DNA of 64,000 bases from Spirochaetia bacterium (GCA_963662795.1 OY759746.1:1984001-2048000), one strand, 5' to 3'. Counted from the stretch's first letter, positions 21,205 through 32,000 are shown. Numbers and translations are program-made. Notes: generated from the letters alone by a model not told the origin.

Positions 21205-23010
21205 ATGTCTATGGGTTTTTTTAAAAAAAATAAGGTAATTCAAATAAAAGATAATTCAGAAAATGAAAATCAAGATATTAAACTGATTGATAGGCCAAAA
21301 ATATGTTGTTTTGATATAGAAAGCAATGACTATATAATTCTTGAAAAGGAAGGGTTTAATCTCTATTCTGGTTCTCTAGGGAATAAAATTAAAGTTCCTA
21401 ATTCAAGGAGAAGTGATAATCATCAACTCTTACTTATAAATGATTTTCCAAGAAATATACATGAATATGATATTTTCATTCTTGATTTGGCTAATTTTAA
21501 AATTATGGATTATAATGTTGAAGAACATATTCGAAAGCATCATACAGGTAAATCAGCTTTATCATTATTAAGTAGTTATCCAGAAACTATTTTTGATCCC
21601 AGACCACTAAGCAGTCGAATATTAAGAGATGAATTAAAAAAAATTGGGGATCGAAAAAATATTATTATTGTTTTTGGATCTAGTTCTTATGAAATTGAAT
21701 ATGAGCCAATTAAAGTGACTGAAGGGTACATTGAAAAACAACCTATAGAAAAATACAATATATATTCATTTGTAGATTATGCTCCATTAAAAGAAGCTAA
21801 ATTTGGAAAAGAAATATCTGCTTGTGAAATAAGAAATGACTTTCGAAAATTGCTTGAAAATCATTGCAATCAAGCTGTTTATGAGCAAACATACTATCAT
21901 CCATCAAGATGGAAAGGTAATGAGCAAATTTGGGATAAAAATTATATACCTTTATTAAAGAATATGAGTGATGAAATTGTTTCGATTTCTGAGTTTAATA
22001 AGAATACATGGATATTATATCTACCGCAAATAGAAAAAAAAGGGGATTTTTTAAAATCATTTCTAATGGATATTGCTCCAAGTGTTTTTTCTGATATTTT
22101 CCCATTTGCAACAACTTTTTGTTGGAAAAATGAAGAAGAATATTATTTACCGAATCAAAAAAAGATTATTGAAGAAAAAGAATTGATTATTAAAGAATAT
22201 GAACAAAAGATATTGGAGAAAGATAAAGAAATTAAAGACAATGCTTTAAAATATTCCTTTCTGCATAAAATATTAACAGAGACAGGTGAAGAATTAGTAA
22301 ATGCATTAGTTATATATTTGAATTGGCTAGGTTTTGAAAAAATAAAAAAAATAGACGAAGAAAAAGATGACAATGATATTTTAGAAGAAGATATTCAAAT
22401 AGAATTTGATGAGGGATTATTAATAATCGAATGTAAAGGTATCGGCGGGACATCAACAGATTCAGATTGCAGTCAAATATCTAAAATAAAACATAGAAGG
22501 TGTAGAGAAAGGAATAAATTCGATGTTTATGCTTTATATATTGTGAATCATCAACGTTTTCAGCCTCCATCGAAAAGGAATAATCCTCCTTTTTCTAAAA
22601 ACCAAATAAGTGATTCGATAAATGATGAGAGAGGATTATTATCCACTTGGCAATTATTTACATTATATCAAGAAATTGAAAATGGGATTATTAATAAGGT
22701 TGATGCAAGGAAGGCATTACTTCAGTTCGGATTGATCAATTTTACTCCAGAGAATATTGTCTATATTGATGAACCAAAAGAAATATTTATGGATGGCTCT
22801 GTGTGTATTATTAATATTGAAGGAATAGAATTGAAAATTGGAGATGAAATAATAATTGAAAAAAATAAGTGTTATAAGAAAGCTATTATAATTGAATTGC
22901 AAGTTAATAATATTTCAGTTCAGAAGGTTAATGAAGGGGAAGTTGGTATTAAGCTAGATGTTGGAGTAAAGAAAAAATCAAAATTATGGAAAAAGCAGAG
23001 AAACAATTAA
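21205..23010 (+). CDS. Hypothetical protein with possible PD-(D/E)XK nuclease region
   Basis: 'EEDIQIE..LLIIECKG'; beta-rich C-terminus. Confidence 0.6.
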   Translation: MSMGFFKKNKVIQIKDNSENENQDIKLIDRPKICCFDIESNDYIILEKEGFNLYSGSLGNKIKVPNSRRSDNHQLLLINDFPRNIHEYDIFILDLANFKIMDYNVEEHIRKHHTGKSALSLLSSYPETIFDPRPLSSRILRDELKKIGDRKNIIIVFGSSSYEIEYEPIKVTEGYIEKQPIEKYNIYSFVDYAPLKEAKFGKEISACEIRNDFRKLLENHCNQAVYEQTYYHPSRWKGNEQIWDKNYIPLLKNMSDEIVSISEFNKNTWILYLPQIEKKGDFLKSFLMDIAPSVFSDIFPFATTFCWKNEEEYYLPNQKKIIEEKELIIKEYEQKILEKDKEIKDNALKYSFLHKILTETGEELVNALVIYLNWLGFEKIKKIDEEKDDNDILEEDIQIEFDEGLLIIECKGIGGTSTDSDCSQISKIKHRRCRERNKFDVYALYIVNHQRFQPPSKRNNPPFSKNQISDSINDERGLLSTWQLFTLYQEIENGIINKVDARKALLQFGLINFTPENIVYIDEPKEIFMDGSVCIINIEGIELKIGDEIIIEKNKCYKKAIIIELQVNNISVQKVNEGEVGIKLDVGVKKKSKLWKKQRNN

Positions 23011-23070
23011 TACTTAGCTTTGATATAAAAATATATATGCAGTTAGAGTAATTACCTTGCAATATAATAA

Positions 23071-23343
23071 GTCCGGCCTTGGCTTCCAGCCGTACGGCCT
23101 GGACAAGAAGTGGGGGCACTGGTGGATAACAGCGGTTCAAGCGCTTCGCTCGGATTACCTCGCTTGGCCTTCGGCATATTTTGTTGTCATTAAACACTTC
23201 AGTAAATCTTCTATTCTTTATAAGTATGAGAATAAGAACAAAATTATTATAGAGTTTGAGCCACAAAACATCGCTTAACCGCGGGACGTTATCCACAATG
23301 CCCCCACAAGATGCGATCGCCCGGACCTCCGGCCGACGGGCGA
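23071..23343 (+). repeat. Junction J14 (core A)
   Basis: TAAC(23130)...GTT(23288). Confidence 0.9.
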
Positions 23344-23398
23344 GGATATACAGTATAAATAATATATGTTAGCTTGATGTTTCGTGCAGGAGAAAAAA

Positions 23399-23704
23399 AT
23401 GAAGAATCGAAAGATATTTATCAGTATGTTAATCAGCATTTTAATATGCACCTTATTAGTTTTAAAGTATCTAATTCAAGTAACTTTATTTCTTTTCCCT
23501 TTATGCTCAGCAGTATTTGGTATCGGACAGGAAGCATGTTCTGTTGGAATTATTGGTGGTGCAGATGGGCCGACAACAGTGTTTTTATCATCACCATATA
23601 GATATATATTTCTTATGCCAGCCCTTGAGTTTCTTGGAATAATTTTCATTTTGATTACATTATTACAATGTCATAGTAAATTTAAAAAAAATGTCCCTGA
23701 ATAG
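23399..23704 (+). CDS. Small membrane protein with Na+-decarboxylase beta-subunit motif
   Basis: 'VGIIGGADGPT' flanked by TM helices. Confidence 0.65.
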   Translation: MKNRKIFISMLISILICTLLVLKYLIQVTLFLFPLCSAVFGIGQEACSVGIIGGADGPTTVFLSSPYRYIFLMPALEFLGIIFILITLLQCHSKFKKNVPE

Positions 23705-23800
23705 TTTTCAGTTCATCAGTAGAATATTGCTAGTATGGTATGAATAGAATATGGATAGCCATTGAAAGAAAGTCATTTTTATAAAAATGGGGATGATATA

Positions 23801-24211
23801 ATGAAAAAGGTATTATTTGCTATTGTATTTACTTTTTGTCTTTTTGCAGTGCATGGAGATAGTAAAATAATGGATATTGAGAATATTCCGATACAAGTTA
23901 ATGATATATTTTCAGGACAAGGATTTACATTGAAATTAGATAACAATAGATATTTCGTATTACGAGAATATTATGGTTCCGGAGTCGATGTTGCCTGTAG
24001 AATTTTGTACGATGTTAATCTTGTTTCAGATTATCAAATAGATTTTGATAAAATCAATCATATGTCAAGTAAGCAGAATGTTGAAGATGATAAATTTATT
24101 TTACGGATAGAAAATGATGAGGTGGAACTTTTCATTAATGGTTTACAGATTGAAATTGTAAATAAAATTGAATTAGTAAATACCCTAAAATGTATAAATA
24201 AATCTTACTAA
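23801..24211 (+). CDS. Secreted hypothetical protein
   Basis: MKKVLFAIV.. signal peptide. Confidence 0.6.
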   Translation: MKKVLFAIVFTFCLFAVHGDSKIMDIENIPIQVNDIFSGQGFTLKLDNNRYFVLREYYGSGVDVACRILYDVNLVSDYQIDFDKINHMSSKQNVEDDKFILRIENDEVELFINGLQIEIVNKIELVNTLKCINKSY

Positions 24212-24228
24212 TAAACACTGGTAAGGAA

Positions 24229-24498
24229 GTCCGGCCTTGGCTCCGCCGTACGGCTAGGACAAGAAGTGGGGACACTGGTGGATAACAGAGGATAATGCGC
24301 TTCGCTCCCTTTGGTCGCTTGGGCTTTGCCACACATCGTAGGTTTTAAACTATAACTTTTAGAAACAATAAATATTTGAAGAAATAAATTACAACTTTGA
24401 GCTTTTGTTTTTTATCTACGATGCGTCGCTTATCCTCGGGACGTTATCCACAATGCCCCCACAAGATGCAATCGCCCGGACCTCCGGCCGACGGGCGA
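24229..24498 (+). repeat. Junction J15 (core B)
   Basis: TAAC(24286)...GTT(24443). Confidence 0.9.
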
Positions 24499-24572
24499 AG
24501 AAAATATAATTTACAATATAATATAAACTATACACAGAATATATGGATTTCTTGTTATTCAATATGGTATAT
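24498..24572 (+). other. Degenerate attI-like leader (C16)
   Basis: ATATATGGATTTCTTGTTATTCAATAT-G|GTATAT; partner ATATAAC at 26011. Confidence 0.6.
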
Positions 24573-24591
24573 TATTCTTTGGAGGTAATGT

Positions 24592-25446
24592 TTGAATATT
24601 CCTAATTCGCAAATTGAAAGTTGGCAAAATCAGGGAGCGCAAAGCGCATCAATCAATTCACATACTTCGATAAGAACCGCAATAGAAAATATTACTCAAG
24701 AATTTAATTTTGAAATATTCCTTCAAGGTTCTTATAAAAATCATACAAATATACGTGGTGACAGCGATGTAGATGTTGTAATCAATATAAAGGAAATGTT
24801 TTATCATAATTTAAATGAATATGAAGCAAAACAGGTCGGAATTATACCTGCGGCTTTTACTTGGCATGACTATGAAAAAAGAATTAAATATTGTCTAAAT
24901 GAGTACTATACACAAAAACCTATTCGTGTGGGAGCTAAATCAATCAAAATTGATTTTCAAAATTCGTCTTATGTTCCTGCTGATGTTGTAATTACCACAG
25001 ATTATCGATTCTATACTTCCTTAACTCATTATATAGAAGGTATTTGTCTGTTTAACCGAACAAACAACAATTTAATTGTAAACTATCCAAAACAACATTT
25101 TGATAATGGAAATTCTAAATCAACAAGAACAGATGGGAATTTTCGGAAGTATGTTCGCTTGATTAAAAATGCACGAAATTGGATTTTAGAAAATTATATT
25201 CCTCCTAGTTTTAATGCTCCCTCATATTTTATCGAATCTCTACTTTATAATTGTAATGACTTATTACTTAAACAAACTCCTGAAGAATTTCTAAGATATG
25301 CCATTAATATGTGGGAATACAACAATGAGACAGATCAAAAATGCCAAAATGAGATTTCCCCTCTCTATGGAATTGATGATACTTCTTGGAATCATCATAA
25401 TAAAGTTCAATTTGCTGCAGCCTTACGTAATCTATTTGGAGTTTAA
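24592..25446 (+). CDS. CBASS cGAS/DncV-like nucleotidyltransferase (CD-NTase, CdnE-like)
   Basis: 'FLQGSYKNHTNIRGDSDVDVV', 'PADVV', 'NYPKQH..NG', 'PSYFIESLLYN'. Confidence 0.88.
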   Translation: MNIPNSQIESWQNQGAQSASINSHTSIRTAIENITQEFNFEIFLQGSYKNHTNIRGDSDVDVVINIKEMFYHNLNEYEAKQVGIIPAAFTWHDYEKRIKYCLNEYYTQKPIRVGAKSIKIDFQNSSYVPADVVITTDYRFYTSLTHYIEGICLFNRTNNNLIVNYPKQHFDNGNSKSTRTDGNFRKYVRLIKNARNWILENYIPPSFNAPSYFIESLLYNCNDLLLKQTPEEFLRYAINMWEYNNETDQKCQNEISPLYGIDDTSWNHHNKVQFAAALRNLFGV

Positions 25447-25449
25447 TTA

Positions 25450-26016
25450 ATGCATAAATATTACACCGACTCAACATCCGAACTATATGTCCAATTTTTC
25501 TTAGGAGCTATTTCATTACTATTTGGTTTCTTTATATCAATGTTACCTATTCATAATCCATTCTCTTGGGTTATTTCTGCTCCAAGTGCTTTATCGATAT
25601 TTAGCATCCTGAATTATTTGTTTTCAAAAATTGGTTGGAAAATGCTATCAAAAATGATATCGGCAATTCCAGATTTAAATGGAACATACTCAGCAAAAAT
25701 ATTTTCAGATTCAGAATCTGAAAAGTTTGATTCTGAAGTTACTTTAACTATTCGACAAACATGGAAGAAGATATCAATTATTCTTACAAGCAGATATTCT
25801 AGATCTGAAAGTATTTCTGCGGCTTTTTATTCAGGTGGTGAAAAGCTTATTTATAACTATAAAAATGAGCCTTTATATGATTCAGTTGATACAATGAATA
25901 TACACCGTGGTACTGCAGAATTCCTTATTGAAGATAAACAACTAAAGAGTGGAAATTATTATAATGATAGACATCGAAAGACATCAGGCGTCATAAGAGA
26001 AATAAAGAAAATATAA
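25450..26016 (+). CDS. cap15: CBASS 2TM beta-barrel effector (Cap15-like)
   Basis: 2 TM then 'PDLNGTY', 'IRQTW..ISI', 'YNYKNEP', 'HRGTA', 'YYNDRH'; directly after CD-NTase. Confidence 0.85.
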   Translation: MHKYYTDSTSELYVQFFLGAISLLFGFFISMLPIHNPFSWVISAPSALSIFSILNYLFSKIGWKMLSKMISAIPDLNGTYSAKIFSDSESEKFDSEVTLTIRQTWKKISIILTSRYSRSESISAAFYSGGEKLIYNYKNEPLYDSVDTMNIHRGTAEFLIEDKQLKSGNYYNDRHRKTSGVIREIKKI

Positions 26017-26128
26017 CAATTGAATCGAGAACAATTTTACTTTATCATTGTTTTGCTTCTGTCTAAAAAATATGTGCCAAATGCTTGTTTTGTGCAAGTT
26101 TGAAAAATATCTCAACACATTGTAAATT
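26011..26128 (+). repeat. Nested degenerate attC (C16)
   Basis: ATATAAC overlapping the cap15 stop; decayed arms and R' site. Confidence 0.5.
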
Positions 26129-26152
26129 ACTAAAATTACCAGCACAGAAAAA

Positions 26153-26428
26153 GTCCGGCCTTGGCTCCGCCGTACGGCCTGGACAAGAAGTGGGGGCACT
26201 GGTGGATAACAGAGGATAAAGCGCTTCGCACGGAGTACCTCGCTTGGCCTGACGGCATATTTTACTATCATATAAATCAAAATAATTGATAGTTATCCTT
26301 TTTATATTTTGTTAATAAAATAAAAGCAATTTCTATAGTTATAACCGTAAAACATCGCTTATCCTCGGGACGTTATGCTCAATACCAGCCGCAAGAGGAA
26401 ACCGCCCGGACCTCCGGCCCACGGGCGA
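26153..26428 (+). repeat. Junction J16 (core B)
   Basis: TAAC(26210)...GTT(26372). Confidence 0.9.
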
Positions 26429-26509
26429 AGAGAATTACCAAACAGATAAACAATCATCACAGCGCTTTGCGCTGTTTATTTTTATTATTTAAAGGAATAC
26501 TGTTAAATC

Positions 26510-27391
26510 ATGAGAGAATTTAAATATTATAAGGTAGATGCTTTTACATCAGGTAAGTCTTTAGGAAATTCTGCCGCTTTTATTGATACAGGGAACATAG
26601 AATTAACCAGTGAAGAAATGTTGAAAATTGGAAAAGAACATAAGGGTTTTGTTTCAGAAATAGTATTTTGTAATAAATCATATAAAGCAGATGTTAAACT
26701 TATTTATTATTCTTCAGAATGTGAAGTTAGTTTTTGTGGTCATGGAACAATAGCAACTATGTATGAATTAATAATAAATAAAAACGAATTAATGGAAAAA
26801 GAGGAAATAATTATAGAAACTAATAAAAAAGGATTATTAAAAGTTTATAATAAAATGCCAAATGAAAACGCAGTATTTATAACTGCCCCAAAACCTGTCT
26901 GGAATAAAGTATCAGTTTCAATTAAAGATATTGCATTAGCTTTGAAAATAAAAGAAAAAGAAATATCTCTTGAATTACCTTTAGATTTTATTGATGCAGG
27001 TCTTAGAACATTAATAGTGCCAATTGAGAAATATGAAAAAGAAATATCAATTTATTCAGAGCAGGAAGAATTAAGACTATTTTGTATAAAAAATGAAATA
27101 GACATAATTCTCATATTTACAAAAGAAGCAAGTAAAAAAGAATATATAGCCCATACACGAGTTTTTGCCCCTAAGTTCGGCTATTTGGAAGATCCTGCAA
27201 CAGGCTCTGGAAATAGTGCCTTTGGTTATTATATGCTGAAAAACAAAATGTGGAATGGAGGAATGGTAAGTATAGAGCAGGGTGGAGAAAATATAGTTTT
27301 TAATGAAATTAAGTTGACGACTAATAATGGTGAAGTGCTATTTGGCGGGAAAGCAACAAAGAGAATAGAAGGAATGTATTTTTTAGAATAA
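26510..27391 (+). CDS. PhzF family isomerase/epimerase
   Basis: 'VDAFT..GN', 'EVSFCGHGTIA', 'EDPATGS'. Confidence 0.92.
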   Translation: MREFKYYKVDAFTSGKSLGNSAAFIDTGNIELTSEEMLKIGKEHKGFVSEIVFCNKSYKADVKLIYYSSECEVSFCGHGTIATMYELIINKNELMEKEEIIIETNKKGLLKVYNKMPNENAVFITAPKPVWNKVSVSIKDIALALKIKEKEISLELPLDFIDAGLRTLIVPIEKYEKEISIYSEQEELRLFCIKNEIDIILIFTKEASKKEYIAHTRVFAPKFGYLEDPATGSGNSAFGYYMLKNKMWNGGMVSIEQGGENIVFNEIKLTTNNGEVLFGGKATKRIEGMYFLE

Positions 27392-27443
27392 ATTATTTAA
27401 AACATAATAAACTGTAAATGCAGTCTTAATGAAAAAAAAAGAA

Positions 27444-27714
27444 GTCCGGCCTTGGCGGTGCCGTGCGGCCTGGACAAGAAGCGGCTGGTACTGGAGCATA
27501 ACAGAGGATAAAGCGCTACGCTCGGAGTACCTCGCTTGGGCTTCGCCACACATCGTAGGTTTTGAACTACAACTTCAATAATCAACAAGTTTTGAAGAAA
27601 AATATTGTAACTTTGAATTATTCATTCTTAGTTTACGATGCGTCGCTTATCCTCAGGACGTTATACGTAATGGCCAGGCAAGAGAAATCGCCCGGACCTC
27701 CGGCCGACGGGCGA
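27444..27714 (+). repeat. Junction J17 (core B)
   Basis: TAAC(27502)...GTT(27660). Confidence 0.9.
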
Positions 27715-27756
27715 GGATATTAAATGTAGTACATTATAATAAATATTAGGTGAGGT

Positions 27757-30057
27757 ATGAAAATGGAAGATGTTGAAATAATTCGATTACTTGGAATGGA
27801 ACTTAAAAGAGATTTTATTAAAATTATCGGAAGCACAGAATATAATTATACTTATTCACAAAATGAAAAACAACAAGTATCAGCAATACACATAAATCAT
27901 TTTGGACTAAAAAAGATACCTGATTTAATATTTTCTTTAAAAAATTTAATTATATTAGATTTAAACTATAACTATCTTACAATGATACCAGAAAAAATAC
28001 TTGAACTTAATAAACTTGATGAATTATGGCTATGTAATAACGATATACAAGAAATACCTGAATTCGTATTAAAAAATAGTAAATTGAAAATATATGCCAG
28101 AGATAATCCTTTGATTAAACCCCCGCAGGTAATTGTTAATATTGGCATGATGGCAATTAAAAAATACTACAATGAATTAAAAATAAATCCAGAAATTAAA
28201 ATTATAAATGAGGCAAAATTAATAATTCTTGGAGAAGGTAGTGTTGGAAAGACATGTTTAAAAGATAGGCTTATTTATAATCGATTTAATGAACAAAATA
28301 GAACGCAAGGAATAAATATTGATTCATTAAAAATACGAAATCCACAAAATGATGATGATATTAAACTTAATTTATGGGATTTTGGAGGGCAAGAAATATA
28401 TCATTCAACACATCAATTTTTTTTAACAAAAAGATCAATGTATATTCTAGTTTGGAATGCTCGGAAATCTAAAGATTATGAACATATTTATAAATGGTTA
28501 AATATAATAGATGCATATTCCGAACAAAGCCCAATATTGATTGTAATGACAAAAAAAGATGAAATGGATGATGATTTAAATATGAATTATATAAAAAATA
28601 AATATCCACAAGTTAAAGAAATGTTAAAGGTCAACAATAAAACATGTGAAGGAATATCTGAATTAATTAAAGCACTTCAAGAGTATACGTGGGAAATACC
28701 AGTAATGCGCACTCCTTGGATTGAAAGTTGGTTTAGTGTTAGACGGGAAATAGAAAAAAAAATTGAAAACTGGATATTCTATGATGAGTTTAAGAAATTA
28801 TGTATTGCGAATGGAGTAATTGAAAATAACATTAGTTTAATAGACGAATATCTACATGATATTGGGGTTATTATACATTATAAAGATGATATTAATTTAA
28901 AAAGCATTGTAATTTTGAAACCACAATGGGCAACAAATGCAGTATATAAAATATTAGATTATAATCCTGTAAGAAATGCAAATGGAATATTAAAAGCCGA
29001 TTGGCTAACTGAAATATGGGATTCTGAATTATATCCATCAGCAACTCATAGTATTCTAATGAATATTATGAATAGATTTGAATTGTCTTATGAATTAAAA
29101 GGTAAAAATAGTTATTTAGTTGCTGAATTATTACCAAATAAGTATTTACAAATATTTTGGAATCCGGTTGAAGAAATTAAATTATCTTATAGATATGACT
29201 TTTTACCAACTGGAATATTGACTAGGTTTATAGTGTTAATTCACGATTATATAATAAAAGATAAAAATGATATGCCAATTTGTTCTCGAGAAGGTGTTTA
29301 TATTTCTTATAAAAAATCTAAAGCCTTGGTATTATTAAATATTGCTGATAAAAAAATTGATATTAGTGTAGATGGTGAAAATCAAAGAGATTTTTTAAGT
29401 ATTATTAGTTATCAATTTGATTTAATAAATTCAAAAATCAATTCTATAAGCTTTAAAAAAGAGGTTCCATGTTCTTGCTCCCAAGATTGCATCAAGAATT
29501 GGGATTATGAAAATTTATTAAAATTGGAAAGGAAAGGGATAAATGATATACGCTGTGATGAAAGTGGTCTAGTATTAAATATCAATAAGTTGCTTGATGG
29601 TTATGCGGCTTCTGAGAATAGACATGGATTAATTACAGACGGTGTAATTAAGAGTCGAGTACATTTAACAGTCCAGAATAATATATTTCAAAGTAATAAT
29701 CAAAATGTAAATTTGAATATCACTATAGATGTTTATACTGCTTTACCTCAATTACAAACCGAATTATATAGATTATCAGAATTGATTGCAAAAACCAAAC
29801 CTAATATTGATATTGAAAAAATGATTGAAATAATTGATAATTTAAGCCCGGGTATGAATGAAAATAAATTTATTTCTCCAATGAATAAACTACGAAGATT
29901 GTTAGATGATGCTTTTGATGAAACATCAAAAACTGGTAAGATTATAAAAAAATCGACAAAGATAATGAAAGTAGTACAGAATATTGCAAAATTGTATAAT
30001 CAATTTGCACAGTGGTTAATGTTACCACAAGTTCCTGTTGTTTTTTTAGGTAAGTAA
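27757..30057 (+). CDS. Roco protein (LRR-Roc GTPase-COR)
   Basis: LRRs, 'NPLIKPP', GEGSVGKT, WDFGGQ..HQFFLT, TKKD, COR 'YLHDIG..LKPQW'. Confidence 0.9.
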   Translation: MKMEDVEIIRLLGMELKRDFIKIIGSTEYNYTYSQNEKQQVSAIHINHFGLKKIPDLIFSLKNLIILDLNYNYLTMIPEKILELNKLDELWLCNNDIQEIPEFVLKNSKLKIYARDNPLIKPPQVIVNIGMMAIKKYYNELKINPEIKIINEAKLIILGEGSVGKTCLKDRLIYNRFNEQNRTQGINIDSLKIRNPQNDDDIKLNLWDFGGQEIYHSTHQFFLTKRSMYILVWNARKSKDYEHIYKWLNIIDAYSEQSPILIVMTKKDEMDDDLNMNYIKNKYPQVKEMLKVNNKTCEGISELIKALQEYTWEIPVMRTPWIESWFSVRREIEKKIENWIFYDEFKKLCIANGVIENNISLIDEYLHDIGVIIHYKDDINLKSIVILKPQWATNAVYKILDYNPVRNANGILKADWLTEIWDSELYPSATHSILMNIMNRFELSYELKGKNSYLVAELLPNKYLQIFWNPVEEIKLSYRYDFLPTGILTRFIVLIHDYIIKDKNDMPICSREGVYISYKKSKALVLLNIADKKIDISVDGENQRDFLSIISYQFDLINSKINSISFKKEVPCSCSQDCIKNWDYENLLKLERKGINDIRCDESGLVLNINKLLDGYAASENRHGLITDGVIKSRVHLTVQNNIFQSNNQNVNLNITIDVYTALPQLQTELYRLSELIAKTKPNIDIEKMIEIIDNLSPGMNENKFISPMNKLRRLLDDAFDETSKTGKIIKKSTKIMKVVQNIAKLYNQFAQWLMLPQVPVVFLGK

Positions 30058-30103
30058 TATTGCATATTTTTACAGGCAGAGTAATTACTTGACACTATAA
30101 TAA

Positions 30104-30393
30104 GTCCAGCCTTGGCTCCGCCGTGCGGCTTGGACAAGAAGCCTGGCCACTACGTATAACAGCGATTATTTCGCTGCGCTCCCTATGGTCGCTTGGGCTC
30201 CTGCCAGTTGAGCTGGCAGATCGCCATATTTTGTTTTCATAAAACCGGAACGGCATGTATTCTATGCTTTTTAAGTTTGAAAAAATTAAATAAAAGTATT
30301 TTAGAGTTTAGCCACAAAACATCGAATAATCGCGAGACGTTAGCAGCAATACGTCCCCAAGAGAAATCGCCCGGACCTCCGGCCGACGGGCGA
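30104..30393 (+). repeat. Junction J18 (core C)
   Basis: TAAC(30160)...GTT(30339). Confidence 0.9.
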
Positions 30394-30443
30394 ATAGGTT
30401 TTTATCTGATTAGGAACGTTTTATAAACAAAATAGAGATAACA

Positions 30444-31181
30444 GTGAATAGTCTTAAAAAAGCCATTAAATTAGAAAAAAAAGGAAACTATAAAGCAGCT
30501 TTAGTTTCATATAAAAAGATTGAGACAGATGATTTATCTGAAAAAGAACATTTATATGTAAATAGATCGATCGCTGCCTGTTTATTCTATCTAAGAGAAT
30601 ATGATAAAGCAATTCAGGAATATGAAAAAATACTCAAAGAATTCTTTTTGGATACATTTTTAAAAAATCAAATAAAAGAGAATATGCAATTATGCTTTTT
30701 ATATGGTTCTTCAGCACAGAAAGCAATAGAGTATTTTAAAAATAGAATATTGAATGAAAAAAGCAATATAGAAAAGAAATGCTGGTGGTATTGGTATACA
30801 GGACAAGGATTTCAAAGATTAAAAGAATTTAAAGCAGCTGAAATAGCTTATAAACATGCATATCAAACATCAAAAGAATTAAACAGTCCAAAGGAAGATT
30901 TTTATCTTCTTTATATAGCAGTAATAAAAATATTTCAAAAACAATTACAAAATGCTGATGAAATATTAGTTTTATATAAAGAAATATATAATCAAAAAGA
31001 TATAACTGGGTTGTTTCAAATAATTACGGGTTTAGTTGCTATGCAAAAAGATTTTACTAAAGGACAGAAGCTTTATCATAATGGAATCAAAAAAGCCAAA
31101 AAAGGAAAGTGGATAGAAAACATTGAACTTGCCGAAGAGTTATTAAAAGTCTGTAAAGAAGAAAGCTATGTCAAAAGATGA
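30444..31181 (+). CDS. TPR-repeat protein
   Basis: 'IAACLFYLREYDKAIQEY', 'GQGFQRLKEFKAAEIAY'. Confidence 0.7.
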   Translation: MNSLKKAIKLEKKGNYKAALVSYKKIETDDLSEKEHLYVNRSIAACLFYLREYDKAIQEYEKILKEFFLDTFLKNQIKENMQLCFLYGSSAQKAIEYFKNRILNEKSNIEKKCWWYWYTGQGFQRLKEFKAAEIAYKHAYQTSKELNSPKEDFYLLYIAVIKIFQKQLQNADEILVLYKEIYNQKDITGLFQIITGLVAMQKDFTKGQKLYHNGIKKAKKGKWIENIELAEELLKVCKEESYVKR

Positions 31182-31674
31182 TATAATTGTTAAAAAAATA
31201 TTTCCGCCGCTTGATGATTTATACATGCTTTTGAAAAAAATGCAAAAAGTATTGAATGTGGAAATCAATGAAGAAGATTTTGTTATAGGTAAAAAGCAAT
31301 TATTTTATATTTTTATGCATGAGACAATGCATGCCTTTATCTCTAAAAAAGCACATTGGATATATGATCTTGCTGAATATGAAACAGATTTTATTGATGA
31401 AGTAGTCGCAAGAATAATAATTGATGATTTGATAAAAGAATTAAATATCTACGAAAAGTTGGATTTATTTTATGAAAACCATATTAATCACAGAAAAGAT
31501 CTTCCAAAATATGGTTACAATTTAACCCCAGAACAGTATGACGGAATCGAAAGAGAATATTATAGAAATCATTCGAAAGAAAAAGATATTAATGGCTTCT
31601 GTCATTTTGTTCATGATGAGTATAAAAGACTTGGTATTAAACGGAGAGAAGATTTTTCATATAAACAGAATTAA
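31168..31674 (+). CDS. Hypothetical protein with HExxH motif
   Basis: 'MHETMHA..DE'. Confidence 0.6.
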   Translation: MSKDDIIVKKIFPPLDDLYMLLKKMQKVLNVEINEEDFVIGKKQLFYIFMHETMHAFISKKAHWIYDLAEYETDFIDEVVARIIIDDLIKELNIYEKLDLFYENHINHRKDLPKYGYNLTPEQYDGIEREYYRNHSKEKDINGFCHFVHDEYKRLGIKRREDFSYKQN

Positions 31675-31704
31675 GAAAATATTTAATAGCTAATATATAA
31701 AGAA

Positions 31705-31960
31705 GTCCGGCCTTGGCTTCCAGCCGTACGGCCTGGACAAGAAGGGGACGTACAGCTGCTAACAGCGAATGACCGGTTCCGGCTGTTTCTAAGGAAGCAG
31801 CCTCCACCCAAATTGCCGAAATAATACATGTTAAAAATAATGGAATAGAGTATAAACTTTTGGAGTGAAAAACACCATCGGCAACTTCGGTCATTCGCGG
31901 GACGTTATGCTCAATACCAGCCGCAAGATGCGATCGCCCGGACCTCCGGCCAACGGGCGA
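31705..31960 (+). repeat. Junction J19 (core D)
   Basis: TAAC(31763)...GTT(31904). Confidence 0.9.
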
Positions 31961-32000
31961 GGATCTAAATATAAATTAATGTAAAAATGGAGAGATTAAT

